Positions 12,760 to 23,769 of a stretch of DNA of 64,000 bases are shown here, piece by piece. A model generated the notes under the pieces. That model saw nothing but the letters and a program-made list of their open reading frames with translations, did no database searches and was not told where the DNA came from. A program made the position numbers and the translations under genes. The stretch spans positions 124,001-188,000 of the forward strand of contig RDEW01000005.1 of the NCBI GenBank assembly GCA_011109175.1, read 5' to 3'. The stretch comes from Dicyema japonicum. Taxonomy: Eukaryota > Animalia > Dicyemida. Position 1 is the stretch's first letter; the number at the start of each line of letters is the position of its first letter.

Positions 12760-12910
12760 CCCAATGGTTCCGGGTTAGAATCTCGCTGCTATAAATTTCT
12801 GGTGAAGTTAAAGAACATTCCCTGTCTCCTTCCCTTTCACTGTTCTTTACTCTAAAGTTAAGTGTGTTCTGCCTATGCATTAGGCTCTCGTGAAAGGGCT
12901 GTTATTATTT
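12760..12910 (+). mobile_element. tRNA-related SINE (family B), partial
   Basis: gggttagaatctcgctgct...gtgtgttctgcctatg...gtgaaagggctgttatta matches 34490-34765; tail also inverted at ~14010-14060. Confidence 0.6.
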
Positions 12911-13257
12911 TGAAATTTGTTTCTCAAGTCTTTTAACATGATGGATAGGAGAAGACTACTCTACTTGGGGGACGCCAGAGGTTGTTTGAGATTTCGAGTC
13001 GCCAATTTGAAAATTGTTAAGTAGGACTCTAATAAAGCGTGTATCAACGTGCTCAATTAAGTTTTCGACAACAACAATGAACAATGTACGAGATGAGCCA
13101 ATTTTGTTGCTAATTAAAGTATTTTTTATTTTTAACTACGCAGCAGGCTTCCTAACTGACATTTAATTGTTAAAAAATTATTTTTATTAAAAAAAATTAA
13201 GTAAAATTTAGAATTACAAAGAACTAAATTTTAATTTTTTTTTATTTAAGGAAAAAA

Positions 13258-13514
13258 CGATGATGGCAAAGGAGAAGAAGTACGAAGCGCTACGCGACCG
13301 ATTCGCGTTTTATCCGATAGTGGTCGAGACAACTGGAGGAATAAGTGGAAAATCGCTTCGCTTCCTAAAGAAACTTGGACGCTTAGCTACACTAAAAAGC
13401 CACGACGCACGTGAGACCCAGTGGCTACTCCAGTTGATCTCTGTTGCAATCGTGAGAGGCAACGCAACGTCGATAATGTCGGCGGGGTCCACTTTGGATG
13501 GATGGCAGTTTTAA
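13258..13514 (+). mobile_element. CRE-like RLE retrotransposon 3' fragment
   Basis: KEKKYEAL..FYPIVVETTG...WLLQLISVAIVRGNA then AT-rich tail; further pieces at ~13135-13200 (+) and ~13610-13760 (-). Confidence 0.75.
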
Positions 13515-14828
13515 ATATGCTTTACTGGGGATAAATTAACTGATTATTTCAATTATTAAAATTATTTTTTTTATTTAAGTAAAACAGTAAAATATTATTT
13601 ATTAACTATGGGGAAGAGCGGCTGCTGACATTACGGAGTAAGCGTTACCGCGGACAACTGCAATCCCAATTCGTTGCATCAGCAAGACCGCTTCACGCAC
13701 GTCTTTCTTACGGTGGGCCAATTTCCCCCCGATTTCCTTCAGGAAAGAGGCTGTGATACTTAAAGTATTAAAATAAAACTCCTTTGTAGGAAAAATGTGA
13801 CTTGCACGTTTTCAAATTGACACGTGCTAAAATTAAGTAGTTGTGGATAATTATAGGAAATTTCAAAATTCCACTTATAGGACTAGCTACATATCATATT
13901 AGCATAAAATATACTTTGCACGTACAGAACCTGAAAATATTCTGAAGATTGAAATTTATTTTTCATGATGGTAAGATCAACGTTTGGGGGATCCATAGGT
14001 CATCTGGGTTAAGCCCTTTTACAAGAGTCCCTCATAGGCAGGACACACACTTGTTTGAGAAAGAAGAGTTATAGTAGCTAATCGTAAAAAAGGGAGGAAC
14101 AGACTATCTGGTTCTGCAGTGAAACATTCCATGATGACAGAGTCACTGGTTATACCAAAAAAACAAAAATTTAAATATCTTATAATAAAACTCTACTTGA
14201 TTAATAAGTGGTTCATTGATTACGATAAAAACTTGATATGAAAAACTTATTGAATATTATGAATTACCAACATTGCTTCATGGTGGGTGAAAGTATTTCT
14301 TCTATAACTTTAATATCAANCTCATAGGCAGGACACACACTTGTTTGAGAAAGAAGAGTTATAGTAGCTAATCGTTAAAAGGGAGGAACAGACTATCTGG
14401 TTCTCAAAGTCACTCGTTATACCCGAAGAAACAAAAATTTAAATATCTTCTAATAAAATTTTACTTGATTAATAAGTGGTTCATTTATTAAGATAAAAAC
14501 TTGATATGAAAAAATTATTGAATATTATGAATTACCAACATTGCTTCATGGTGGGTGAAAGTATTTCTTCCATAACTTTAATATCAAATTGATGATCTCG
14601 GGAGACATTAAAACTCCGAAGTTTTGAACTGACCAAAGCTTCATGTTTTTTGACAAAAATCTTTGAATTGACTGGGAGTCTGATTATCGATTTCAGTGAG
14701 CAATTAAAATTTTGTTCTTTCTAATTTTAATTTTTACTTAATTTGTAAGCAACTTCAATATCACCCAAATTACAATTCTTATAATTATAACGACACCTAT
14801 AAATTAAGAGAGTACGCTAGAACGCAAC

Positions 14829-17739
14829 ATGTCCCAAGATGAACAGGCTAACACTGGTTCTCGAAACCAATTTAATTCTTTATCAGAAACGGAACTGGAA
14901 ACAGAAAGGGAAAAAAAACAAAGATCTGAAAAAGGTAACTTTCAACTTTCCAACGTTGCCTTATAAGGCAGGTCATTTAGCCATTTCACTATAACTCTGG
15001 TAGAATGTACATTTAAGTTATGCCATCGCCTATTACATCAATTGAGCATTATAAACTCAATAATCTAATATNTGTAAGCAACTTCAATATCACCCAAATT
15101 ACAATTCTTATAATTATAACGACACCTATAAATTAAGAAAGTACGCTAGAACGCAATATGTCCCAAGATGAACAGGCTAACACTGGTTCTCGAAACCAAT
15201 TTAATTCTTTATCAGAAACGGAACTGGAAACAGGAATGGAGAAGAAACAGAGATCTGAAAAAGGTAACTTTCAACTTTCCAACGTTGCCTTATAAGGCAG
15301 GTCATTTAGCCATTTCACTATAACTCTAGTAGAATGTACATTTAAGTTATGCAATGTAACCATCGCCTATTACATCAATTGAGCATTATAAACTCAATAA
15401 TCTAATATAGCATGCTTGGGCAGAATGATTTAACTTGTTTTTATCAACTATTCACGTGTTCACAGTAATCCTTAATATCTCGAGTTATGCTAACAGGGAA
15501 ACCTTATTTTGATTCAAAATTTTTATGAAATTGATAATCAATATTTTGTACAATCCATTGTCTATAAAATCATTTTTCAACTGTTTTTAGGAAAACGATA
15601 CTATCCCAAGTATATTGACCCTGAGAATCCTGAACTGTGTAAAGTCTGCGGCGATATCTCTTCCGGGAATCATTATAAAGTAATGACCTGTATAATCCAT
15701 TTTCTATAAAATCATTTTTCAACTGTTTTTAGGAAAACGATACTATCCCAAGTATATTGACCCTGAGAATCCTGAACTGTGTAAAGTCTGCGGCGATATC
15801 TCTTCCGGGAATCATTATAAAGTAATGACCTGCGAAGGCTGCAAGGTAAATTAATGAATTGAAATTTTAGGGATTCTTCCGCCGTGCAATTCAGAATAAA
15901 AGTGAATTATTTTGTGAGCATAATAATGACTGCGTTATTGATAAAGATACAAGAAACAAGTGTCAAGCTTGTCGACTGAAAAAATGCTTAGAAATGGGGA
16001 TGCAAGCAAATAGTAACTTTTAAAAATCATGTTAGGCGTTTCAACTGAACCCCGTAGAAATGAAATTCAGAAATGTAGTGAAATCACTAATGAACCAGTA
16101 AGACATGTGCTATTTCAATTTTCATTTCACAATATATTCATGATTTTCTATGCGGCCAATCTCTATAATCACTTAATATTCCCTTTGGTCAAGAACACTG
16201 GGTTCAACGTCATCATTGGCAGCAGAAGGCCAACAATCATTAGTAACGACTGGAGAGTTATCTCCTCAGAGGACAATGATGACGCAAAGTGGAGAGTAAT
16301 ATTCGAACATATAGACTTAGTAAAACCTTATTTTTTGAATTTCTTGACGGAGTTCAGTAAAAATATATTTGTTGGGATTTAAATAATATTTAGATTAATT
16401 TTAATGCTGGAATAACTCATATGAGAAACTCTGTAATCGACAACTACATTTTATGCTCACTTCAAAACTACAATCAAGAACGGGGGATAATTTTATTTCT
16501 ATCTGGTCTTGGACTTACCACTAACTGCATGAAAGAGAATAAGAACCAAGAAGTAATTAAAAATATTTTCGAAATGGCAAATTTGTATAAAAAATTAAAT
16601 CCGAATGCCATCGAGTTGAGTTTCTTGATAGTCTTAATTTGTTTGATTTCAATTTGTTAAATTTTAGATCTTTGGAACATTTTGATAGAAAAGATAGCTA
16701 CCCATGAGTTCTCTATCGTCTTTGAAGTTTTAAAAAAATACGAAATCGTGACTAACAATGAAGAAAGATTTAAAGAATTAATCTTACAAGTTTTTTATAT
16801 TTCCAATATTGGGAGAACAATAATTGAGCTAAATTCCGAGAATAGCTGTGAAGAATTTCATAGTTGTCTCACAATCATTGAAGATTCTGAAAACAATAAC
16901 GAAAATCCTCCTCGAGGAGAAACTACGAATGGTGGAGAAATCCAGGAACGAGAAAATCCGGAAATGGGAGTTCAAAGCAAAACTATGAATGAAAATCACG
17001 GAATTGGACGTCACAGCGAAATGACAAATGGCGAAGAAATCAAGAAACCGGAAGTTTTTGGAGTGGGAATAGAAAACGAAACTTTGGATAAAGACCAAAT
17101 TGTGAAGGTAGAGAGTCTCAAAATGAGGATTCAAAATNAATTTGTTAAATTTTAGATCTTTGGAACATTTTGATAGAAAACATAGCTACCCATGAGTTCT
17201 CTATCGTCTTTGAAGTTTTAAAAAAATACGAAATCGTGACTAACAATGAAGAAAGATTTAAAGAATTAATCTTGCAAGTTTTTTATATTTCCAATATTGG
17301 GAGAACAATAATTGAGCTAAATTCCGAGAATAGCTGTGAAGAATTTCATAGTTATCTCACAATCATTGAAGATTCTGAAAACAATAACGAAAATCCTCCT
17401 CGAGGAGAAACTACGAATGGTGGAGAAATCCAGGAACTAGAAAATCCGGAAATGGGAGTTCAAAGCGAAACTATGAATGAAAATGCAGAAATTGGACGTC
17501 ACAGCGAAATGACAAATGACGAAGAAAACAAGAAACCGGAAGTTCTTGGAATGGGACTAGAAAACGATACTTTGGATAAAGACCAAATTGAGAAATTAGA
17601 GAGTCTCAAAATGGGAGTTCGAAACGAAATTTCAGATGAGGACCAAATTCTGAATAACGGAAGCGAAAGAAAAAGGAAAAGATTTAACAATTCAGACGAG
17701 GATCTAGTCCAAGACCTCAATGAGAGGCATCCGATGTAA
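14829..17739 (+). CDS. Nuclear receptor NR1 family, thyroid hormone receptor-like; exons duplicated in the assembly
   Basis: Exon 1 MSQDEQ.. (copies at 14829 and 15158); [72 protein letters not shown]; divergent NR1-type LBD ([34 protein letters not shown]); acidic tail; stop TAA. Confidence 0.9.
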
Positions 17740-18039
17740 AGTGATAAACTCGATTTGTTAATTAATAATTTTTGGAATGACGAATTATTATTGTTTCGAA
17801 AGACGAGAGTCTTTCAATATCATCGGAAGACGTAGAACTGAAAGAGAAGACTCTTCGGTGGATACATCCCACGGAATTATAAAAATATTAGCAATTATTC
17901 CCAAAATTGGAAATCCTGTTAGTGTGTATATTTCTTCGTTAAGATGTTCGATTATTTATGTGAAGAGAGTCTCAAGATCGTTAGTGTCAAATACTCACAA
18001 GATATGTGGTTCTACACAGGAGTGACCTATTTACAACCC

Positions 18040-18650
18040 ATGAAGAGTTCTTGATTTACGTCCCATCACTTACCTATCGTGTTCGACATTATTTTTGACA
18101 ATCAATTTTGGGCTACGAGGAAGGAGCAAGTGAATGAACAGTGATTATGGAAACAGTCTATGAAAACAAAAAAAGTGTACGACCCTTTGGACCATGGTTT
18201 TCTCTTGGTTTTTTGGACTGTTTAGGCTTCCCAGTTTGTATTGGAAGGTTTGTTAAAAATCTGATAAGCCAATGGAAAGTTATTCTAAATTTCAACAGAT
18301 AAAGGACTGGAATGCTCTAATTGAACCGTGGTATATTGCAAGGAGGTTCGTTGGCACAGCTATTTTTATTATTCGTGGATCCTCTGAGCAGAATTCTAAA
18401 AGTTTATATCCAAAATTGTCTAAATCTCTCTTTGATGACGCATACAATGACGCTTACCTTAATGGAGGATTTAAAAATATTTACGGATAAGAAAGATACA
18501 ATGTTAAGGATGATGAATATTTCGGTGTAATTGTTCATGGAAAGAGTTTCGAGAAGTCTGCCATTAATCTGAAATACATGAGGGATTTAAAATTTCTGGA
18601 TGTACACGAAGGCTATCGCTATTCCGGGTTGAATGCAAATCCAGCGATGT
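18040..18650 (+). mobile_element. Decayed R4/RLE-type RT fragment
   Basis: LRPIT, YDPLDH, NRGILQGGSLAQLFLLFVDPLSRIL, LMEDLKIF, GYRY. Confidence 0.6.
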
Positions 18651-18729
18651 TGAATTTCAACAGAGGTGGAAAAAGATGATTTACTCCACATTACCATTTA
18701 AGAGAGTTCAATTGATTCTTGAAATTCTA

Positions 18730-18890
18730 CGTTGTACCTATGATGTTCCCGTCTTTCAAGATGATAATCAGGTCACCGCAAATGGTCGGAGAAGTTTCTT
18801 AGAGTTGGTGGATATCGCTTAGATGCATGTTGAATAAGGCAGGAGACAAAACGGAGCCTTGTGGACTCCTTCGTTTAATAAAAATAATTT
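18730..18890 (-). mobile_element. LINE RT fragment (Jockey/Ingi-type)
   Basis: PQGSVLSPALFNMHLSDI...GDLII. Confidence 0.55.
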
Positions 18891-19647
18891 CATATCTGAT
18901 CAAGTCTGCCAGATAACAAATTCGTTAACCAATTTTGAAAACAAAATAGAAATTGAGGTACAAGAATTTTGTTACTAAGAACGCTTTTTGATTTTGGTCA
19001 AATTTCTTGTTCATGTAAATTGATGCAAATATAATATGTTTGGTGTGATTATTGAGTTATTGAAATCCTTAGATAAATATATTTATTATTCACGAAAAAC
19101 TCAGCAAGAATTTTTCTGTTTCTTCGCGAAACTATTCGCATTTAGCACTTATCAGTTCATTGTGATTTTCCGATGTTTTTAAGCTGTTAGCTTTCTCTTG
19201 AAGAACTCTTAGTCTAAGATTAAATCTTGTTTTTAATCCGAGTATCCAACATTTACCAAATTCAAGATCACTGATTCCAAGCTTTTCACCGAATACCTTA
19301 GCATTTAAAATGATAATATCTTCAGTAATAAAACCATTGTTAAATCTTGTTTTTAATCCGAGTATCCAACATTTACCAAATTCAAGATCACTGATTCCAA
19401 GCTTTTCACCGAATACCTTAGCATTTAAAATGATAATATCTTCAGTAATAAAACCATTGATTGCATCCATCCTTGAAATCCATTCAACAAGTGAATTATC
19501 AAATTGGTGATGTTTACTGCTTGGTTGTCTTGAATTGCTAATCATAGTTTCATATTTTTCCCATTTTTCACAATTTTAAAAAATTCTGAGTGTCGAGCCA
19601 TTTTTGATGTATATTTATTTCACAAATTTTTCTTTTTTGCGCAATTT

Positions 19648-20183
19648 ATTATTTATTTTAATAACCCCGGGAACACCGAGAAAGAAAGACAAAAGAGTCA
19701 AACAGTTAGGTGATCCCAGTCCTCGCAATCAATTGTGCCATTCGACGTCTGTGATCTTCCATTGTCCCCACTACTTTCCGGAAGAGCCTTTTCTCGGTCT
19801 TGCAGAGGAATCCGATCGGGGAATTTCTTATCTAATCGGTTTTTTCTTGCCATGGAAAGGATCAGGCGAAGCGGGTTTCCTTCTTCCTCACAGACGCGAA
19901 GAAATCCGGAACCACGACTACGGATCTTAGCTTCCATGAGTAGTGGGTCGACTGTTGATCCATTACGTGGGCAAAGCATACTGATTGTTTTCCGGTGTAT
20001 CGAGTTGATTCTTTGGACCATAGACTCCGATAGCGCGAATCTCCATGCAACGGAGGCATACTCAACGGCAGGCGCGATTGTTTGTTGGTAGAGGGTAGAA
20101 ACGGAAAAGTTCATGTTCCTCGTGGTCCTCCGGACAAGGGCGCGTAAAACGTTAACTTTCCGGAGGCCCCTAGTAATCATGTC
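19648..20183 (-). mobile_element. 5'-truncated Ingi-like LINE with 13-bp target-site duplication
   Basis: C-terminal ORF RGLRKVNVLR..PAVEYASVAW; shared 3' tail; TSD ttttgcgcaattt at 19635-19647 and 20184-20196. Confidence 0.85.
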
Positions 20184-20199
20184 TTTTGCGCAATTTTAA

Positions 20200-20526
20200 T
20201 TTTTTTTTAATTTATTAACCCCACGGATACATCGAGAAAGAAGTTAAAGTAAACAACTAATTAAGTGTGTTTCCACTTCTACAGAAACAGAGTACATCCG
20301 GAATCAACATAAAAGGTAAGACGTCCATTACATGCAGTTGTGGAAACCCCTCCAGTGGAGTGGGGAAAAGCAAATGATCCTTTTTCGTGCCGGCTTGGCA
20401 CTGGGCGTCAACCTAGACAGGTGGATCACATGACACCACTCTAATAGAAAGAGAAAGAAGGAACAGACAAGCAAGCAGAAGACTTCAATCAATTAACCAC
20501 GCAGCACCACATGGCGCCACGCGGTT
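20200..20526 (-). mobile_element. Non-autonomous derivative of the Ingi-like LINE (copy 2)
   Basis: Head aaccgcgtggcgccatgtggtgctgcgtggttaat nearly identical to 5699-5733; body homologous to LINE 5925-6005; shared 3' tail. Confidence 0.85.
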
Positions 20527-21189
20527 GTCTTTCTAAGCATGTGGCACTGCAGGATTGTAAATTTAAAATGTAAATTCAATTAAATATAAAATAAATAAAA
20601 AATAAATTAATTAAAATTTTTAATAAATGTCAGATTGTTGATTATGTAAATTTGGTTTATTGATGTCTGCTTGTGTGGAATCTTGGTAAAATTTTTCTGA
20701 CTCATCAAAAAATTCGGATTATTGAAGTTTTTGGATTATCAAAGTCGGATCAATTGGATTTACTGTATTTTAGTAAGGTTTTTGATTAGCCTTTTTCATA
20801 TTAAAAAAATTTTTTATTGATAATTTGTCATTAAGTCAAAAATGGTCAAAATTTTGGAATTTTAAAGTAATAAAATCAATTTTTAGGCCAAAATTTCGGA
20901 TGTATAAAGTCAAAAAAATCGGCCTAATGATCACCAGGAAAGGTGTCAAAGCCAACAACTAATTAAGTGATCCCAGTTTTTAGTAATTCCAAGATTCTCC
21001 TCGTGTGGTTCGTCAGCAATGAGCGGGTCCCCAAGTTGGAAGAAAATAGCTTCCTTTAAGCAAAGCGAGATGCGTTCTTCTCAAGGCAGACTTATTTAAG
21101 TTTTTCCAAATTTTGCCAAGCTAGATTAGAAGCCAGACATTAGTGCATCCAATAAAAAGCAGTTATAAAGTATTTTTTCTACTTAAAAT

Positions 21190-21470
21190 TAGCTCAGTCG
21201 TTAAGTAGAATGTGTGATTAGAGCGGGAGACTTTTCCATTGGATCCCCTAATAAATCACTCTATTCTTTTATCTCAATGTATCTCTACTAAAGTAAGCTT
21301 GTATCTTTTAGTGACTATAAACAAGGTGATTGATTCAAAAGACATCATAAACCGAAGTTCTGTACATGGAAGGAAGTATCGAATCTACGTAAGATCTAGG
21401 TTCTAATCCCATCCTCCCCAAAATTGAAAGAGCTTGGGGGATCACCTATCAGAAGTTAATATGAATCTGA
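21190..21470 (+). mobile_element. Degenerate tRNA-related SINE
   Basis: A-box-like tagctcagtcg, B-box-like ggttctaatccc; cccaaaattgaa..gggggatcacctatcagaa recurs inverted at ~59495-59535. Confidence 0.35.
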
Positions 21471-22189
21471 TAATAGGAATTTTTTACATATGGAGTAAAA
21501 ATGATCCTTTTTATATAAAAACAGAGAGCGAAGGACTGGTCCTTGAGTTAGAAGAGATCGAAAATCAATAATTTAAAATTTATTTTTATTATTAAAGGAA
21601 TCATCAGTGTTTGTTAAGCGAAAGACGAGACAATTAAATTATTTTAGTTAGTGAAGAAACCACGGCCTCACTAACTTGTAGGAGGCCAGCAGCTATTAAA
21701 TTGGACGCAGCAGATGCCGGTTGCTCCTATAGATTGGTCAGTCCTGCATTTTAGACGAACCTTGTGGTAATTCATGACATTCAAATAGGTGATTTGTTGT
21801 TAACTCATAGAGGTTGCAAAAGGGACAGAGGATATCGTACGCCGGTAGAAAGGGTTAGTGCCAACATCGTATACGAACCAGGTTTACCCGGATGTCCCTC
21901 GGAAGAGAGGATTCTATTGGTTTACTTTGGACTGTCTCAATTGACTTTTTGTCTGATTATTGATCCTCACGGCTGAGAAATTTCCTTCCNTGTTGTTAAC
22001 TCATAGAGGTTGCAAAAGGGACAGAGGATATCGTACGCCGGTAGAAAGGGTTAGTGCCAACATCATATACGAACCAGGTTTACCCGGATGTCCCTCGGAA
22101 TAGAGGATTCTATTGGTTTACTTTGGACTGTCTCAATAGACTTTTTGTCTGATTATTGATCCTCACGGCTAAGAAATTTTCTTCCCAAT

Positions 22190-22350
22190 CGGCAAGGATC
22201 AAAGAAAGCATTTCCGTTCGACAGGGGGAACAATGAAGACGCACAGACTTTGGATGGCACGTTTGGTTGCGGGAACTGTGATCACCTAACTAGTTGACTT
22301 TACTTTTGTCTTTCTTTCTCGGTGATCCCAGGATTAATTAATAAATAAAA
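22190..22350 (+). mobile_element. Ingi-like LINE extreme 3' end
   Basis: Similar to minus-strand 19660-19800; tail gatcacctaactagtt..ctcggtgatcccagg..aataaataaa. Confidence 0.65.
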
Positions 22351-23769
22351 TCCTCACGGGATCCCACGCACTCTCGACATGCGCATGTTACCTACAAACG
22401 AATGTTTGTGTGATATAAACCACCAGTTTCTTAATATGATATCAAGGGGATTGTCTTGCCTTGAAAATCTTAGATCTTCTTTTATCTAAGATCAGTCATA
22501 GATTTTTTCTAATTTTCCCAGTATATTTTTCACGACATTAAAATTAACTTCTTCGGTTGAACTCATTTGAATTGTTCCTATGACTACCAATGTTAATTGG
22601 TGGTAGTAAAGATAAATCCTTAAGCAAAGCTAGTTGCGTTCTTTTCAAGGCAACTCGGCCTGGTGGCTTAGTGGTTGAGTGTTGTAGTTAACTTGTTGGT
22701 TGCGTGTTCGATTCCCAGTTATTTATTTAATAACCCCGAGAAGGGAACACCAAGAAAGAAGGAGTAAACCAACTAATTAAGTGATCTCGGTACACCGATT
22801 TCCAGTGCTGCCAATGCCCGAAGCTCCGACCGGGTTTGACGAGTTACGCCGTCATGGACGTCCTATCAACAAGAATTTCCAAACATGAAAAAATTCCGAT
22901 GGAACGTTATAGAGCTTCGTACGTATTGATCGGCCACTTAGAGAGTCTCGCATCCATTTGGATTAATTAGCTCATTTGGATAACTTGTTCTCTTTCTTGT
23001 TCTTTAAAAAATAAAGTTAATCCAAAATGTGTGACTGTCCCAAGTGAGATGTCTACATGTCGTCTTCATCTCCCGGACGGCCGGGGAAAAAATGAAGAGG
23101 ATGATTATTCCACAGAAACTAAGTAGATTATTTCAGTCTGACAAAAAAAACTAAGAGGTTGCTATTAAAGTATAGAGCGCCCTATTGGATTGTTCAAAAA
23201 ACCACGCCATGTAATATATGAGAAGGGAATGGTAAAACAGAAAAGTGCTGTAAAATCGATTATTTCCTGACCACAAGTGTTGGTAGCAATACCACAAATG
23301 GGTTTCTAATAGCAATTAGTCATTTTATAAACTTGTGCATTTAAATATTATTAGCTGAAATTAAACCTGATTGATCCTATGACGACATTTGGTTAGACTC
23401 TATGTTTCACTTGAATGCAAAACTACGGACAGACAACACTAAGATTACAAGTAACTACGTCACATGACAACGCTTTCACCAAATTCCTTTCAGAACACGT
23501 GCTTATATTGAAAATATCAGAATAGGCTATTAAATCAGATTATTTTACGAATGTATTATTTTAGCAATTTCCTTGTGAAATGTGAATAATTTCCTCAACT
23601 GTTCTCAAAAATCATAACAAAATGAAAAAATCTATAACCCTTGTGGTTAAAAATAATAAAATTCGAATAAACTTGTTCGTAATCTGTACTGAATTGTGAT
23701 TTTAAGGTAGAATTAGTGCCAACTACGCATTTCTAATTTAGTATCATTAATAATCTGATATTTAAATAG

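Larger units (their letters stand above)
19132..20765 (-). mobile_element. pogo/Tigger DNA transposon remnant with nested retroposons
   Basis: CENP-B-type HTH (LVEWI..ITEDIIILNAKVFGEKLGISDLEFGKCWILGLKTRFNLR) at 19132-19545; terminus ta-cagtaaatcc..gatccga..gataatcc on minus at 20700-20767. Confidence 0.65.

Noticed and set aside
22657-22720. tRNA-like sequences (also 26750-26796 and 34448-34520)
   Set aside because: A/B-box remnants without paired acceptor or anticodon stems; treated as SINE heads, not tRNA genes
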